64,000 nucleotides of DNA from an uncultured bacterium. Lineage in GTDB: Bacteria > Actinomycetota > Geothermincolia > Geothermincolales > Geothermincolaceae. The notes beneath the pieces are model-generated. The model was not told the DNA's origin. It did not search any database and saw only the letters and a list, made by a program, of their open reading frames with translations. Shown piece by piece: positions 25,722-34,948 of the stretch (position 1 is its first letter; every line of letters begins with the position of its first letter). Both the position numbers and the translations under genes were made by a program. The DNA is taken from contig CAVXXD010000006.1 in NCBI GenBank assembly GCA_963765625.1, positions 371,990 to 435,989 of the forward strand, read 5' to 3'.

Positions 25722-27257
25722 ATGAACGACGCGTGGGACGCCATAATCGTAGGAGCCGGTGTGGGAGGGCTGTCTGTCGGAGCGCTGCTGGCGAAGCAAG
25801 GCTACAAAACCCTCATCATCGAGAAGGATGACCGGGTCGGCGGCCGCGCCCTGACGCTCAGGGGCGAAGAGGTCTCGGATAAGGGAGCGGAGTGGTACGA
25901 ACAATTACTGGCCGGCCAGTACACTTATCTTGCCGCGGCCAGCCCTTCCATAAAGGAGATATCGGACGGGCGAATGCTTGACGGCTATACCCTCGACCTT
26001 GGTTACCATGCTCTAAGTTGCGCGGGGGAAGGATATTTCGCGGTGATGCAGGAGCTCCTCGGCGGCTTTGGCCAGCATCCCCTGGTGATCACGCCCTGCA
26101 ATTGCGCGACCTGGTTCGACGGCATGTTCATGCTCGATGCTCCCGTGCTCTCCCTGGATTTCGATCCGAGGGTGCTGGCGGACATGGAAAAACACGGCCT
26201 GAACTTCATGGATTTCTTCGGAGACCTGGCCGGCATCACTCCCGAGCAACTCGAGGAGCTGGACAAGGTGTCGGTACAGGAGCACATGGAGAAGATAGGG
26301 TTCACCAAGAGCGACATCCTCTATGCGATCATGAAATGCAGCTGCACCCTGGCGACCACCATCAACAACCCCAACGACATATCCATCGGTGACATCATCA
26401 GGTATTTCAGCCAGGTGCTCCTTCCCCTCATCATCATGAAGGGCAAGCCCGGATATCCCGCGGGGTTCAGCGAAAGGGGCTCGGCGGCTTGGCCGGAATG
26501 CGTGGCGAAGAGGTTCGAGGAGTTCGGTGGCGAGACCAGGTTCGACACCAGCTTGAAAGGCATCGAGATAGAAGACGGCCGCGTGGTGGGGGTGACCACC
26601 GAGTCCGGGGGAAAGGAAGTATCGTTCAAGGCCCCCGTCGTCGTCTACAACCCTCCCGTGCAGGACCTGTTCAAGTACGCTGCCGATTCACACTTTCCCC
26701 CGGATTTCGTCTCGCGCGTCAAGTCGCTCTACGGGTATGGCAGTATCACCCCTTACTTCGGCTTGAACGACCTGGTGATCCCCGGGGAACATGCCGAAAG
26801 GCTGGTCAAAACGCCCTGCGTCGTCAAGAAGGAAGAGGGCTTCGACTGGGACATCTACATGGCATGGAACGTCCAGTCATATCTCGATCCGACCTGTGCC
26901 CCCGCGGGCAAGCACCTGTTGACCGCATACCTTCCCGTGACGGAGCAAGAGTCCCTGGACCCCGTCAAGGTAAAGAAGATAATCGACGCCGTCCCGGACT
27001 TCTTTGAATCCGTCTACCCCGGCTTCAAGGAGTCCGTCGACTGGGAACTGTATCCGGTCTGCTGGAAGCTGGAAGGCGTCGCCAAAAGCGTCAGCCAGGC
27101 GGGCAGCCTCAAGCCGGACGTCAAGGCTCCCGGCGTGGAGGGGCTTTATTTCGCGGGGGACACGGTCAGGTCATACGGCGTAGGCATGGACGGCGCCTGC
27201 TCCAGCGGGATCCTCTGCGCCTCGGCGATCACGGGCGAGGATTTCGGCGTTCACTGA
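25722..27257 (+). CDS. FAD-dependent oxidoreductase (phytoene-desaturase/amine-oxidase-like)
   Basis: The sequence is [37 protein letters not shown], with the C-terminal segment LYFAGDT. An AAGGGGAGG SD precedes it. Confidence 0.85.
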   Translation: MNDAWDAIIVGAGVGGLSVGALLAKQGYKTLIIEKDDRVGGRALTLRGEEVSDKGAEWYEQLLAGQYTYLAAASPSIKEISDGRMLDGYTLDLGYHALSCAGEGYFAVMQELLGGFGQHPLVITPCNCATWFDGMFMLDAPVLSLDFDPRVLADMEKHGLNFMDFFGDLAGITPEQLEELDKVSVQEHMEKIGFTKSDILYAIMKCSCTLATTINNPNDISIGDIIRYFSQVLLPLIIMKGKPGYPAGFSERGSAAWPECVAKRFEEFGGETRFDTSLKGIEIEDGRVVGVTTESGGKEVSFKAPVVVYNPPVQDLFKYAADSHFPPDFVSRVKSLYGYGSITPYFGLNDLVIPGEHAERLVKTPCVVKKEEGFDWDIYMAWNVQSYLDPTCAPAGKHLLTAYLPVTEQESLDPVKVKKIIDAVPDFFESVYPGFKESVDWELYPVCWKLEGVAKSVSQAGSLKPDVKAPGVEGLYFAGDTVRSYGVGMDGACSSGILCASAITGEDFGVH

Positions 27258-27276
27258 AACAGCCGGGGGGAAGGCT

Positions 27277-28302
27277 TTGTATTGCACGAACTGTGGTAAA
27301 GAGATCAAAGAAGGCTATCGCTTCTGCATGCAATGCGGGAAACCAGTCAACAATGTTGTCCCGCTGCCAAATGCAGAGGATGACGTAGAAAGGTTGATCG
27401 AGGGTCTTGGTGATGAAGACCCGAATGAGCGCCTCCAGGCTGCCGTAGATCTCGGGAGAACCGGTGACGCGAGGGCGGTGGAGCCGCTTATCAAAGCGTT
27501 AGGGGATGGGGATATCGGCCAATTCGCCGCGGAGGCACTCGGGAGAATAGGCTGTGCGAGGGCGGTGGAGCCGCTTATCAAAGCGTTAGGGGATGGGGAT
27601 CCGGATATCGGTCCATACGCCGCGGAGGCACTCGGAAAAATAGGTGGAGAAAAGGCCGCGGAGGCGCTTCTTGACGCACTCTCAGATAAGAATAGGCATG
27701 TGGACGTGCGCGGCGAATCCGCGGAGGCCCTGGGGAAGATGGGCGATACGAGGGCAATAAGGCCGCTTATTGAGGCACTGGTGAACGGGGACAAACGCTT
27801 TCGTTTAAAGGCTGCTTGTGCACTCGGCGATATTGGTGGCGACGAGGCGGTGGAGGCACTTATTGAGGCACTTGTGGATGAGGATATCGATATATGCCAA
27901 CGCGCCGCGTGGTCCCTCGGCGAAATCGCCAGCGAGCGATCGGTAGAGCCGTTGATCGAAGCATTGGTGGATAGAGCGTCAGCGGCGGCGGCCGACGCGC
28001 TTGGAGCGATTGGTGACCCTCGCGCGGTAGAGCCGTTGATCGAAGCATTGAAGAATGAAGATAAAGCCGTGCGCATGGCTGCTACGGCTGCGCTCGGCGA
28101 AATCGGCAGCGAGCGATCGGTAGAGCCGTTGATTGAAGCACTAAGAGACGAGGAGTACTTTATAAGCTTTCGAGCCGCGGAAGCCCTGGGAAAAATAGGT
28201 GACCCTCGCGCGGTGGAGCCGTTAACAGCTGCGCTCAGGAACAAGGACGATAATGTAAGCAGAAGTGCAGCCGAGGCTCTCGAAAAGATACGCATGCGCT
28301 AA
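27277..28302 (+). CDS. zinc-ribbon plus HEAT (PBS-lyase-type) repeat protein
   Basis: The N-terminus is (TTG)MYCTNCG..FCMQCG. It is followed by about ten 31-aa repeats of the form ..RAVEPLI(K/E)AL.D.D..VR..AA.ALG.IG. Confidence 0.85.
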   Translation: MYCTNCGKEIKEGYRFCMQCGKPVNNVVPLPNAEDDVERLIEGLGDEDPNERLQAAVDLGRTGDARAVEPLIKALGDGDIGQFAAEALGRIGCARAVEPLIKALGDGDPDIGPYAAEALGKIGGEKAAEALLDALSDKNRHVDVRGESAEALGKMGDTRAIRPLIEALVNGDKRFRLKAACALGDIGGDEAVEALIEALVDEDIDICQRAAWSLGEIASERSVEPLIEALVDRASAAAADALGAIGDPRAVEPLIEALKNEDKAVRMAATAALGEIGSERSVEPLIEALRDEEYFISFRAAEALGKIGDPRAVEPLTAALRNKDDNVSRSAAEALEKIRMR

Positions 28303-28974
28303 GGAAGGTGTTGCTCCGTCTTGTTGAAGCTTTGCTGATGAGGTTTGAACCTTATCTGCCTGAGGTACATCTTACCCAAAAGAGTTGACTGGACGAGCAG
28401 TGAGATTGTCGAAGGAGGTGAAGTGTATGCCAGCTATGCAGATTTGGCTTTATGCCAATACGGACGCGAAGACCGCAAGGGAAAAAGAGGTAGAGAAAGA
28501 GCGGTCAAAGGCTAAATAAGCCATGTGGTTCAAACCAGAAGCAGAGTTCCTTTGTAAAAGAAGGGGCTTTTATTTTTTTAGTCCGAGTACCCCCCGACGG
28601 TGTCGGTGCCGGCGCCGCGATGGTTTCTGTCTTCACCACGCTGCCGGAGCCATTGGGGGTCATGTAGGTGATCTCGACGGTCACGGCGGTCGAGTTGGGG
28701 GTCTGGACCAGGGTCTATGCCGATGGAGTCGTGGCAAACCTGGCCATTATCCTAACGTGCCGGCTGTGGACAACATGGCATACACCGCTTCCATGTGCGC
28801 ATCGCGCATCAAGGGGATAACTGCCTGACGGCCCAAAGATCTTCAAGTACTGGAGTTGTTTCCTGGTTTAATTACAGGTCAAACAGCACAGCCGGACGAC
28901 AGTAATACTTGGAACAGAGCTTGATATAATATGTTTGCCAGGTAGGGTTTCATGTAGGGGAAAGGAGCCGAAAG

Positions 28975-29370
28975 ATGAGGAAGGCATTCTTGATAATAAG
29001 CTGTTTTCTGATACTCGGTACACTCTTGGCAGGGTGTGGTGGGGAAAGCAGCAGTAATAACTATGGACAAGGCGAAGGTGGCCCCGGACCGGAACCAGGC
29101 ACCACAACGGCTACGAACACTGGGTCGGGAAATACCGGCGTGGACCCTGATGTCCAGCAATGCAGGGACAACATTACCGCTATCTATTCGGCGGTCGGAG
29201 AATTCAAGATACATAACAGCGGGAACGCTCCACGGAGCATGGACTCACTGGTACCGGGATACATGACGATGCCTGTGTGCCCACTCGGAGGGACCTATAC
29301 ATTGACGGTGGACCAGGACGCGCCTATGGGCGTGACGGTGACCTGCTCGCTGGGACACGACCGTCCCTAA
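28975..29370 (+). CDS. lipoprotein with a pilin-like C-terminal Cys-containing domain
   Basis: The signal peptide carries a canonical lipobox, LLAGC. A Gly/Thr-rich linker follows. The C-terminus is QQCRDNITAIYSAVGEFKIHNSGNAP..LVPGYMTMPVCPLGG. Confidence 0.7.
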   Translation: MRKAFLIISCFLILGTLLAGCGGESSSNNYGQGEGGPGPEPGTTTATNTGSGNTGVDPDVQQCRDNITAIYSAVGEFKIHNSGNAPRSMDSLVPGYMTMPVCPLGGTYTLTVDQDAPMGVTVTCSLGHDRP

Positions 29371-29382
29371 AGCTTTTCACCG

Positions 29383-29937
29383 TTATTCTCTCCAGTATTC
29401 AGGCTTATTCATAGCGTCAGCGCAGACAACCCTGCCCCCGGCAGAACCCAGCACGTCCGGACGAAGGGCCTGAACCATCCACGCATTCGCGTCCTTGACC
29501 GGAATAGGATAAGGCGCGTCGAATCCGAGCCGGCTCGCCGGCTTGAACCCATGACGCGGGTAGTATTCCGGATGCCCGAGGACAAACACGAGATCAACAC
29601 CTGACCCGGACAGAAGCTGCAGCCCCCTGGCAATGAGCTTCCCGCCAATCCCCCGCTTCTGGGCATCAGGGACCACTGCCAGTGGGGCCAGGATAGCGGC
29701 GTTCAAGGGTCTTTCCTTTTTCTCCAGGGATGCAGCGGTGAACAGTATGTGCCCGACGGGCTGGTCATCCTCGCAGGCAAGCAGAGACAAGAGTGGTTTC
29801 GCGGTAGGGTCATTTAAGAGGTCCCTGACCAGTCCGGCCTCTTCATCGCCACCAAAGGCCGCGCGCTCAACAAGCAGGACGTCGTCCAGGTCCGCGTCCA
29901 ATGCTTCTCTTACGTATACCTGCTTCTCCGTTTCCAT
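29383..29937 (-). CDS. GNAT-family N-acetyltransferase
   Basis: The motif is LAVVPDAQKRGIGGKLIARG (acetyl-CoA-binding Q/RxxGxG/A). The C-terminal domain is YhbS-like. Confidence 0.9.
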   Translation of the reverse strand: METEKQVYVREALDADLDDVLLVERAAFGGDEEAGLVRDLLNDPTAKPLLSLLACEDDQPVGHILFTAASLEKKERPLNAAILAPLAVVPDAQKRGIGGKLIARGLQLLSGSGVDLVFVLGHPEYYPRHGFKPASRLGFDAPYPIPVKDANAWMVQALRPDVLGSAGGRVVCADAMNKPEYWRE

Positions 29938-29996
29938 GCCGTCACTATACCGGATACCGAATGTTTATGCCTCATTTGAGAGTGCTCTCTAACGTT

Positions 29997-30030
29997 AAGA
30001 AGGCCGCCCGTTGAGGGCGGCCTTCTTTTC
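29997..30030 (-). terminator. stem-loop downstream of the large surface-protein gene
   Basis: The hairpin is AAGAAGGCCGCCC-gttga-GGGCGGCCTTCTT, a 13-bp perfect stem. It is flanked by A- and T-rich runs and lies 14 nt after the stop at 30044, so it could act in both directions. Confidence 0.55.
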
Positions 30031-30043
30031 ATTTTCTGTCGCG

Positions 30044-33000
30044 CTACTGCATCTGGTAGCCCATCACACAGTGCCCGCCGGTCCACTCGTTGTTGAACAG
30101 GAAGTACATGGGGCGCTCGCAGATGACGGGCTTGTCGGAGGTGAGCATGGCCGATATGGCCATGTCCGCCCCGGCGTCGAAGTTGACCATGACCGTATAG
30201 CGGGAGTGGGCGGCCACCAGGTGGGTGGTGTTGACAGGGTCCGCTCCCCCTTCCGGGTAGTAGGTGATGGCCACGTTGGCGTCGGTGTCTCCGGTGTTCT
30301 GGACGGTCAGCCACTCCTCGAAACCGTAGCCGGTGTAGCCTTCCGCGAAGAACCATCTGGTCGAGCTGTGGGGGGTACCTACCACACAGTGTCCTCCGGT
30401 CCAGCTCCAGCCACCCATGCCGCGGTAGTTGAAGTACATGGGGCGCTCGGCCAGGAAGTCCGCCGTCGAGGTCAGGTGGACGGAGACGTCTTGCTCGGGC
30501 CCGATCACCTCGGGGACCAGCACCGTGAAGCGCCGTCCGGCCTCGATGTCGTAGCTCCGGTTGACGACCTCGCCCGTTCCCAGCTGGTAGCCGGCGAGGA
30601 CGGTGATCATCGCCGCGTTGGGGTTCTGGATGGTGATCCACTCCTCGAAGCCGTTGCGGGTAGTGCCCTCGGCCAGGAAGTACTCGTTGGTGATGGAGGG
30701 AACGCCCATCACGCAGTGGCCACCGGTCCAGTTCCGGTTGGCGGTCCCCTGGTAGTTGAAGTACATGGGGCGTTCGGCCACCACCGGCTGGCTGGATACT
30801 ATCTTCAGCGAGCTCTGGTAGTCGCCCGCCAGCATCACGTTGACGTTGAAGGTGCGGCGGGAGCGGGCCGGGATGAGCTGGTTCTCTATCACGATCTCCC
30901 CGGCCTCCTGGGTCTGGAAGAAGAAATCGGCGCTGGCGTCGACGTCGGTGTCGTTCAGGACGCAGACATACTCCTCAAAACCCGGCCCGGTGTAGCCTTC
31001 CGCGAAGAACCAGGTGGCCGAGGGCAGCGAGGCGCCGACCGAGTCGTGCCCGCCGGTCCATATCCCCTTGTAGTCGAAGTACATGGGCCGCTCGGAAACG
31101 AAGGGGTCTTCGGAGGTGCACTTGATAGAGACCTCCTGGTCCGGTCCCACCTCGGCGTTGACGTCGATGGTGATGCGGGAATGGGCCGGCACGGAGTAGT
31201 CCTTGGTGATGGGCGAGTTGTTGGCGAAGAGGTAGGTCACCGTGACCACGATGGGCGCGTCACCCGGCTGGCCCAGGCACAGGTACTCCTGGAAGCCCGC
31301 CCCGGTGTAGCCTTCCGCGAAGTAGAACTGGGGAGTGGTCACTTCCGCCGCCACTTCCGCGAACAGGGCGACCAGGGCCGAGTCGGCGGCCGGCACGGTG
31401 TATTCAAAAGAAGCGGTGGTGGAGACGGTGTTGCCGCTGCCGTCGACCCAGAGGGTGAAGACGTAGCCGTCGGCCGGGGTGGCGGTCATGGTCACCACGG
31501 TGCCGGCGGTGTAGCTGCCCGATCCGGTCACCGAGCCGCCCATGGGCGGGTTGGCGGTGGCGGTCACGGTGTAGGTGTCGGGAGCGAAGTGGGCCACCAG
31601 GTCGCGGTCGGCGGTGGCGTTGAAGATGAGAGTGGGGTCGGTGGACACCGGGGAACCGCCCTCGGTCCAGCCGGTGAAGTGCCAGCCGGTGGCGGGGGTG
31701 GCGGCCAGGGTAACCGGCTGGTTGTAGTTGAAGAAGCCTGCGCCGTCCACGCTGCCCTGCCCCTCGACCGAGGCGTTGATGACCACGGCGGCCGGGGTGG
31801 TGGTTACGGTGGAGGTGTTGTCGTCGGGGTCGGGATCTTTCTGGTCGGTGCCGGTGATAGCGGCGGTGTTGGTGTAGTTGCCGGTGGGGTTGACCACCGC
31901 GGCGCAGATCAGCTCAATCGAGGCACCGGCGGCCAGGGCGTCCACCTTCCAGGTCAGGGTGGGGGCGGAGGCCTCGCTGCAGCTGGTGCCGCCCGCGATG
32001 CTCCCGGCCACGTAGGTGTAGCCGTCAGGCATGACGTCGGTAACGGTGACGTTGTAGGCGGCGTTCGGCCCGTTGTTGGCCAGGGTCAGCTTGAAGGTGA
32101 CCGTGGAGCCGACGAAGGGCGTGAGGTTGCTGGCTTCCTTGATCAGGGACAGGTCGGCGTCGTCCACGGTGAAGTGGGCCACCAGGACCGAATCGGCATT
32201 CGGCACGGTGTAATCGAAGGATGCGCTGCTCGACACCAGGGTACCGTTTTCGTAGGTCCAGTTGACGAAGTGCCAGCCGGTGGCCGAGGTGGCAGCCATG
32301 GGCGCCAGGGAGCCGGCGGCGTAGTTGCCCGTGCCGCTGACCGTGCCGCCCTGGGCGGGGTCGGCTTGGGCCGTGACGTTGTAGCAATTGGGCCTGGGGG
32401 TGACCGTCACCGTGGAAGAGTTGTTGCCGGGGTTCGGGTCGCACTGGTCGACCCCGGTCAGCGCCGCGGTGTTGGTGTAATCGCCGGATGCATTGACGAC
32501 AGCCGAAAAGGTGAGGTTGACCGTCGACCCGGAAGCGAGGCTGTCTATGGCCCAGTTCAGGGTGGTCCCGCTCACGCCGCGGCTGTCGCCGCCCGCGATG
32601 GTGCCGGCAACGTAGGTAAATCCCGACGGCACGGCATCCTGGACGGTAATGTCCTCGGCCAGGTCCGGGCCGTTATTCTTGACGGCTATATTGAAAGAGA
32701 TGGTGGAACCGATAAGTGGCGTGGGATCACTGGCGGTTTTGACGATACTTATGTCCGAGTTCCCGGTCCGCGCGTTGTAAGGCTCCGTCAGGTCGGCGGC
32801 GTCATAGCAGAGGGGAATGGTGGCGGAAGGAAGGATGGCTCCGGTATTGGGATCGATCTCGTACATTGTTTTCGAGCCGTTAAGCGTCCCGAAGACCCTG
32901 CCGGAGATGGTCTGAGTCAGCTGGTAAACGCCAGCCATCGACTTGTTGATCCTGGTGAAGGTGTTGGTGTTAAGGTCGAGAGACCAGAACCAACCGGACT

Positions 33001-33658
33001 CTTGCCGACCGCTGGATCCCAGCAAGAGGCCGCCCGAGGTGTCGCGCTTGATGATGATGTCACCGAAACTGCCGAAGTTGCATGGTGAGTAGCCTGAGGA
33101 ACCGACAATGTTGAGGCGCCGGTAGGAAGAGACGCTCCTGCCATCATCCGAGAGCGTCAACTCGTAGACGTCGTAGATGTCGCCGGTATAGTAGGTGCTG
33201 TCACCGTAGCAGCCGCCGCCGTCGCTCGTATATTCCGGCCCGATGTAGAGCTTGCCGTCATAGAAAGCGGCTCCACCGCTATCCAGTAGGCCGACGTTGC
33301 CCGGGAAGATGTTGCTGAAATCCTTGAGGAGGCTGTGGGTGTTGGTCTCGGGGTTCCAGCAATACATCTTTTTGTTGCTGCCGTAGTAGAGCAGCCCGTT
33401 GTCGGAGTTGGCCGCCATGGAATTCACGATGGTGCCGATTGGCGCCGTCGTAGCCACGGCGCTTTCCCCGGTGTCCAGGTTCGTTCTCCAGATCTTGCCG
33501 TTCGCGCCGGCGTCGCCACCGTATACCAGGCTCTCCGTCGGCACGTAGGTCGTAGTAGCGGCGGCGATCAGCGGGGTGATCTGCGAAAACAGCACCAGCA
33601 ACACCACCAGCAAAGCCACCGAGACGCTAATCCGATTCGACTTTGTGTCTATCTGCAT
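30044..33658 (-). CDS. 1204-aa secreted/cell-surface multidomain protein
   Basis: The N-terminal anchor is VSVALLVVLLVLF, followed by a propeller-like region. There are three DUF11-type repeats (D(I/L)S(I/L)(V/I)K.AS..TP..GST..F...) and three InlB-B-like repeat domains (GG(T/S)V(S/D)G(T/A)G..). Five C-terminal repeats of about 110 aa follow (F(Y/F)FAEG(Y/T)T..GFEE..ERPMYF(N/D)Y.G..TGGH). Confidence 0.85.
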   Translation of the reverse strand: MQIDTKSNRISVSVALLVVLLVLFSQITPLIAAATTTYVPTESLVYGGDAGANGKIWRTNLDTGESAVATTAPIGTIVNSMAANSDNGLLYYGSNKKMYCWNPETNTHSLLKDFSNIFPGNVGLLDSGGAAFYDGKLYIGPEYTSDGGGCYGDSTYYTGDIYDVYELTLSDDGRSVSSYRRLNIVGSSGYSPCNFGSFGDIIIKRDTSGGLLLGSSGRQESGWFWSLDLNTNTFTRINKSMAGVYQLTQTISGRVFGTLNGSKTMYEIDPNTGAILPSATIPLCYDAADLTEPYNARTGNSDISIVKTASDPTPLIGSTISFNIAVKNNGPDLAEDITVQDAVPSGFTYVAGTIAGGDSRGVSGTTLNWAIDSLASGSTVNLTFSAVVNASGDYTNTAALTGVDQCDPNPGNNSSTVTVTPRPNCYNVTAQADPAQGGTVSGTGNYAAGSLAPMAATSATGWHFVNWTYENGTLVSSSASFDYTVPNADSVLVAHFTVDDADLSLIKEASNLTPFVGSTVTFKLTLANNGPNAAYNVTVTDVMPDGYTYVAGSIAGGTSCSEASAPTLTWKVDALAAGASIELICAAVVNPTGNYTNTAAITGTDQKDPDPDDNTSTVTTTPAAVVINASVEGQGSVDGAGFFNYNQPVTLAATPATGWHFTGWTEGGSPVSTDPTLIFNATADRDLVAHFAPDTYTVTATANPPMGGSVTGSGSYTAGTVVTMTATPADGYVFTLWVDGSGNTVSTTASFEYTVPAADSALVALFAEVAAEVTTPQFYFAEGYTGAGFQEYLCLGQPGDAPIVVTVTYLFANNSPITKDYSVPAHSRITIDVNAEVGPDQEVSIKCTSEDPFVSERPMYFDYKGIWTGGHDSVGASLPSATWFFAEGYTGPGFEEYVCVLNDTDVDASADFFFQTQEAGEIVIENQLIPARSRRTFNVNVMLAGDYQSSLKIVSSQPVVAERPMYFNYQGTANRNWTGGHCVMGVPSITNEYFLAEGTTRNGFEEWITIQNPNAAMITVLAGYQLGTGEVVNRSYDIEAGRRFTVLVPEVIGPEQDVSVHLTSTADFLAERPMYFNYRGMGGWSWTGGHCVVGTPHSSTRWFFAEGYTGYGFEEWLTVQNTGDTDANVAITYYPEGGADPVNTTHLVAAHSRYTVMVNFDAGADMAISAMLTSDKPVICERPMYFLFNNEWTGGHCVMGYQMQ

Positions 33659-33675
33659 CCTTTTGTCTCCTCTCC

Positions 33676-33741
33676 TTAATCAACCATTTCCCTGCACAAA
33701 AAAACCGGCCTAAACATGCTGTTCAGGGCCGGTTTCACCAT
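33676..33741 (-). other. candidate 21-codon upstream ORF spanning the leader terminator
   Basis: GGGGAG plus 5 nt precedes the ATG at 33739-33741. The ORF reads MVKPALNSMFRPVFLCREMVD and ends at the TAA at 33676-33678, which directly abuts the AAGGAGAGGAG SD of the 1204-aa gene. Confidence 0.3.
33698..33735 (-). terminator. intrinsic-terminator-like hairpin in the 5' leader of the surface-protein gene
   Basis: In minus-strand sense the element reads AAACCGGCC-16 nt loop-GGCCGGTTT followed by TTTTTTT. It lies about 40 nt upstream of the start codon at 33658. Confidence 0.55.
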
Positions 33742-33864
33742 TCAGCTCCCCGCGGTCCAAGTGACCAGATAAGGAACGCGGATCAATGCTTTCCCTTGTA
33801 CGAAGTCGTCCGATAATATGCCCAACAGAGGTATTGCAGGTCGTCTTCGTTAATCTCTGATGTG

Positions 33865-33893
33865 ATGTTAGCAACCGCTAACCATGCTGTCAA
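33865..33893 (-). promoter_or_regulatory. sigma70-like promoter (TTGACA-17 nt-TAACAT) for the surface-protein leader
   Basis: In minus-strand sense the sequence reads TTGACAgcatggttagcggttgcTAACAT. The -35 is at 33888-33893 and the -10 at 33865-33870. Confidence 0.5.
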
Positions 33894-34053
33894 GTTACAA
33901 TCATATGACATCCTGTAACTTTGAATCACTGCTTCTGCCTGCCGCTTCCTGCAGGTCGGCGGGATTATGGTAAACTACCTATGCCAGAAAAGCGCATATC
34001 TTCTGGTTGGGCCGTGACCGAATCTATTTACACCCATAAGGAGATTTCCCGAA

Positions 34054-34803
34054 ATGGACATTCCACGGATCTTCAACGTCACCGAAAGTGCTCACCGTAT
34101 CCATAACCCGTTCACACCCGAAAAGCTCGCCACTCTCGGCGCGGCGCTGCGTCTGGAAGCGGGGACCCGAGTGCTCGACCTCGGCAGCGGTTCGGGGGAG
34201 ATGCTGTGCACCTGGGCACGCGATTACGGAGTCACCGGCACCGGCATCGACCTGAGCCAGTTGTACACCGAGCAAGCGATACTCCGCGCTGAAGAACTCG
34301 GCGTCGCCGATCGAGTCGAGTTCATCCACGGCGATGCTACCGGCTACGTCTCGGATGACAAGGCCGGGGTGGCAGCCTGTCTCGGTGCTACATGGATCGG
34401 TGGGGGAGTCGCCGGCACTATCGAGCTTCTGGCGCAGAGCCTCCGCACCGGAGGGATCATCCTCATCGGCGAGCCCTACTGGCGGCAGTTACCGCCGACG
34501 GAAGATGTTGCCAGGGGATGTTTGGCCGGCTCAATCTCCGACTTTCTCATGCTCCCGGAACTTCTCGCGTCTTTCGGCCACCTTGACTACGACGTCGTGG
34601 AAATGGTTTTGGCGGACCAGGACGGTTGGGACAGATACGAGGCGGCGAAATGGCTCACCATGCGCCGATGGCTTGAAGCTAATCCCGACGACGAGCTCGC
34701 GAAAGAAGTTCGAGCCAAACTGACCTCGGAACCCGAGCGCTACGCCGCTTACACACGTGAATACCTGGGTTGGGGTGTGTTCGCGCTGATGACGCGGCGA
34801 TGA
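34054..34803 (+). CDS. class I SAM-dependent methyltransferase
   Basis: The segment VLDLGSGSGEM is SAM-binding motif I. An AAGGAG SD precedes the gene. Confidence 0.9.
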   Translation: MDIPRIFNVTESAHRIHNPFTPEKLATLGAALRLEAGTRVLDLGSGSGEMLCTWARDYGVTGTGIDLSQLYTEQAILRAEELGVADRVEFIHGDATGYVSDDKAGVAACLGATWIGGGVAGTIELLAQSLRTGGIILIGEPYWRQLPPTEDVARGCLAGSISDFLMLPELLASFGHLDYDVVEMVLADQDGWDRYEAAKWLTMRRWLEANPDDELAKEVRAKLTSEPERYAAYTREYLGWGVFALMTRR

Positions 34804-34948
34804 GTTGTGGCATCCGGCGGGGGACGGCGCAACATGGCGAAGCATCGAGCATGTCTTGCTCATGGTTCTTGCTTCGAATAGAATGTGGGCAAACAAGGGT
34901 GTTCAGGGCAGGTAATTCCATTTACTGGTATTTGACCGGAGGGAGAAA

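Noticed and set aside
27469-28260. Possible CRISPR-like or tandem non-coding repeat array
   Set aside because: The repeats have 93-nt periodicity, lie in frame, and encode HEAT/PBS-lyase repeats of a single ORF. There are no unique spacers of CRISPR type.
27315-28295. 326-aa minus-strand ORF
   Set aside because: It is antisense to the HEAT-repeat gene. Its S/A/P-rich periodic sequence simply mirrors the coding repeats on the plus strand.
30011-33088. 1025-aa plus-strand ORF
   Set aside because: It lies entirely antisense to the well-supported 1204-aa surface-protein gene. Its product is low-complexity G/V/R/D/H-rich with no motifs. This is the typical shadow ORF of a GC-rich, repeat-rich gene.
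33659-33893. Assignment of the surface-protein leader to a known riboswitch class (c-di-GMP-I/II, ZTP)
   Set aside because: I compared it from memory with the conserved cores of these classes and found no convincing match. It is kept only as an unclassified attenuator candidate pending an Rfam scan.
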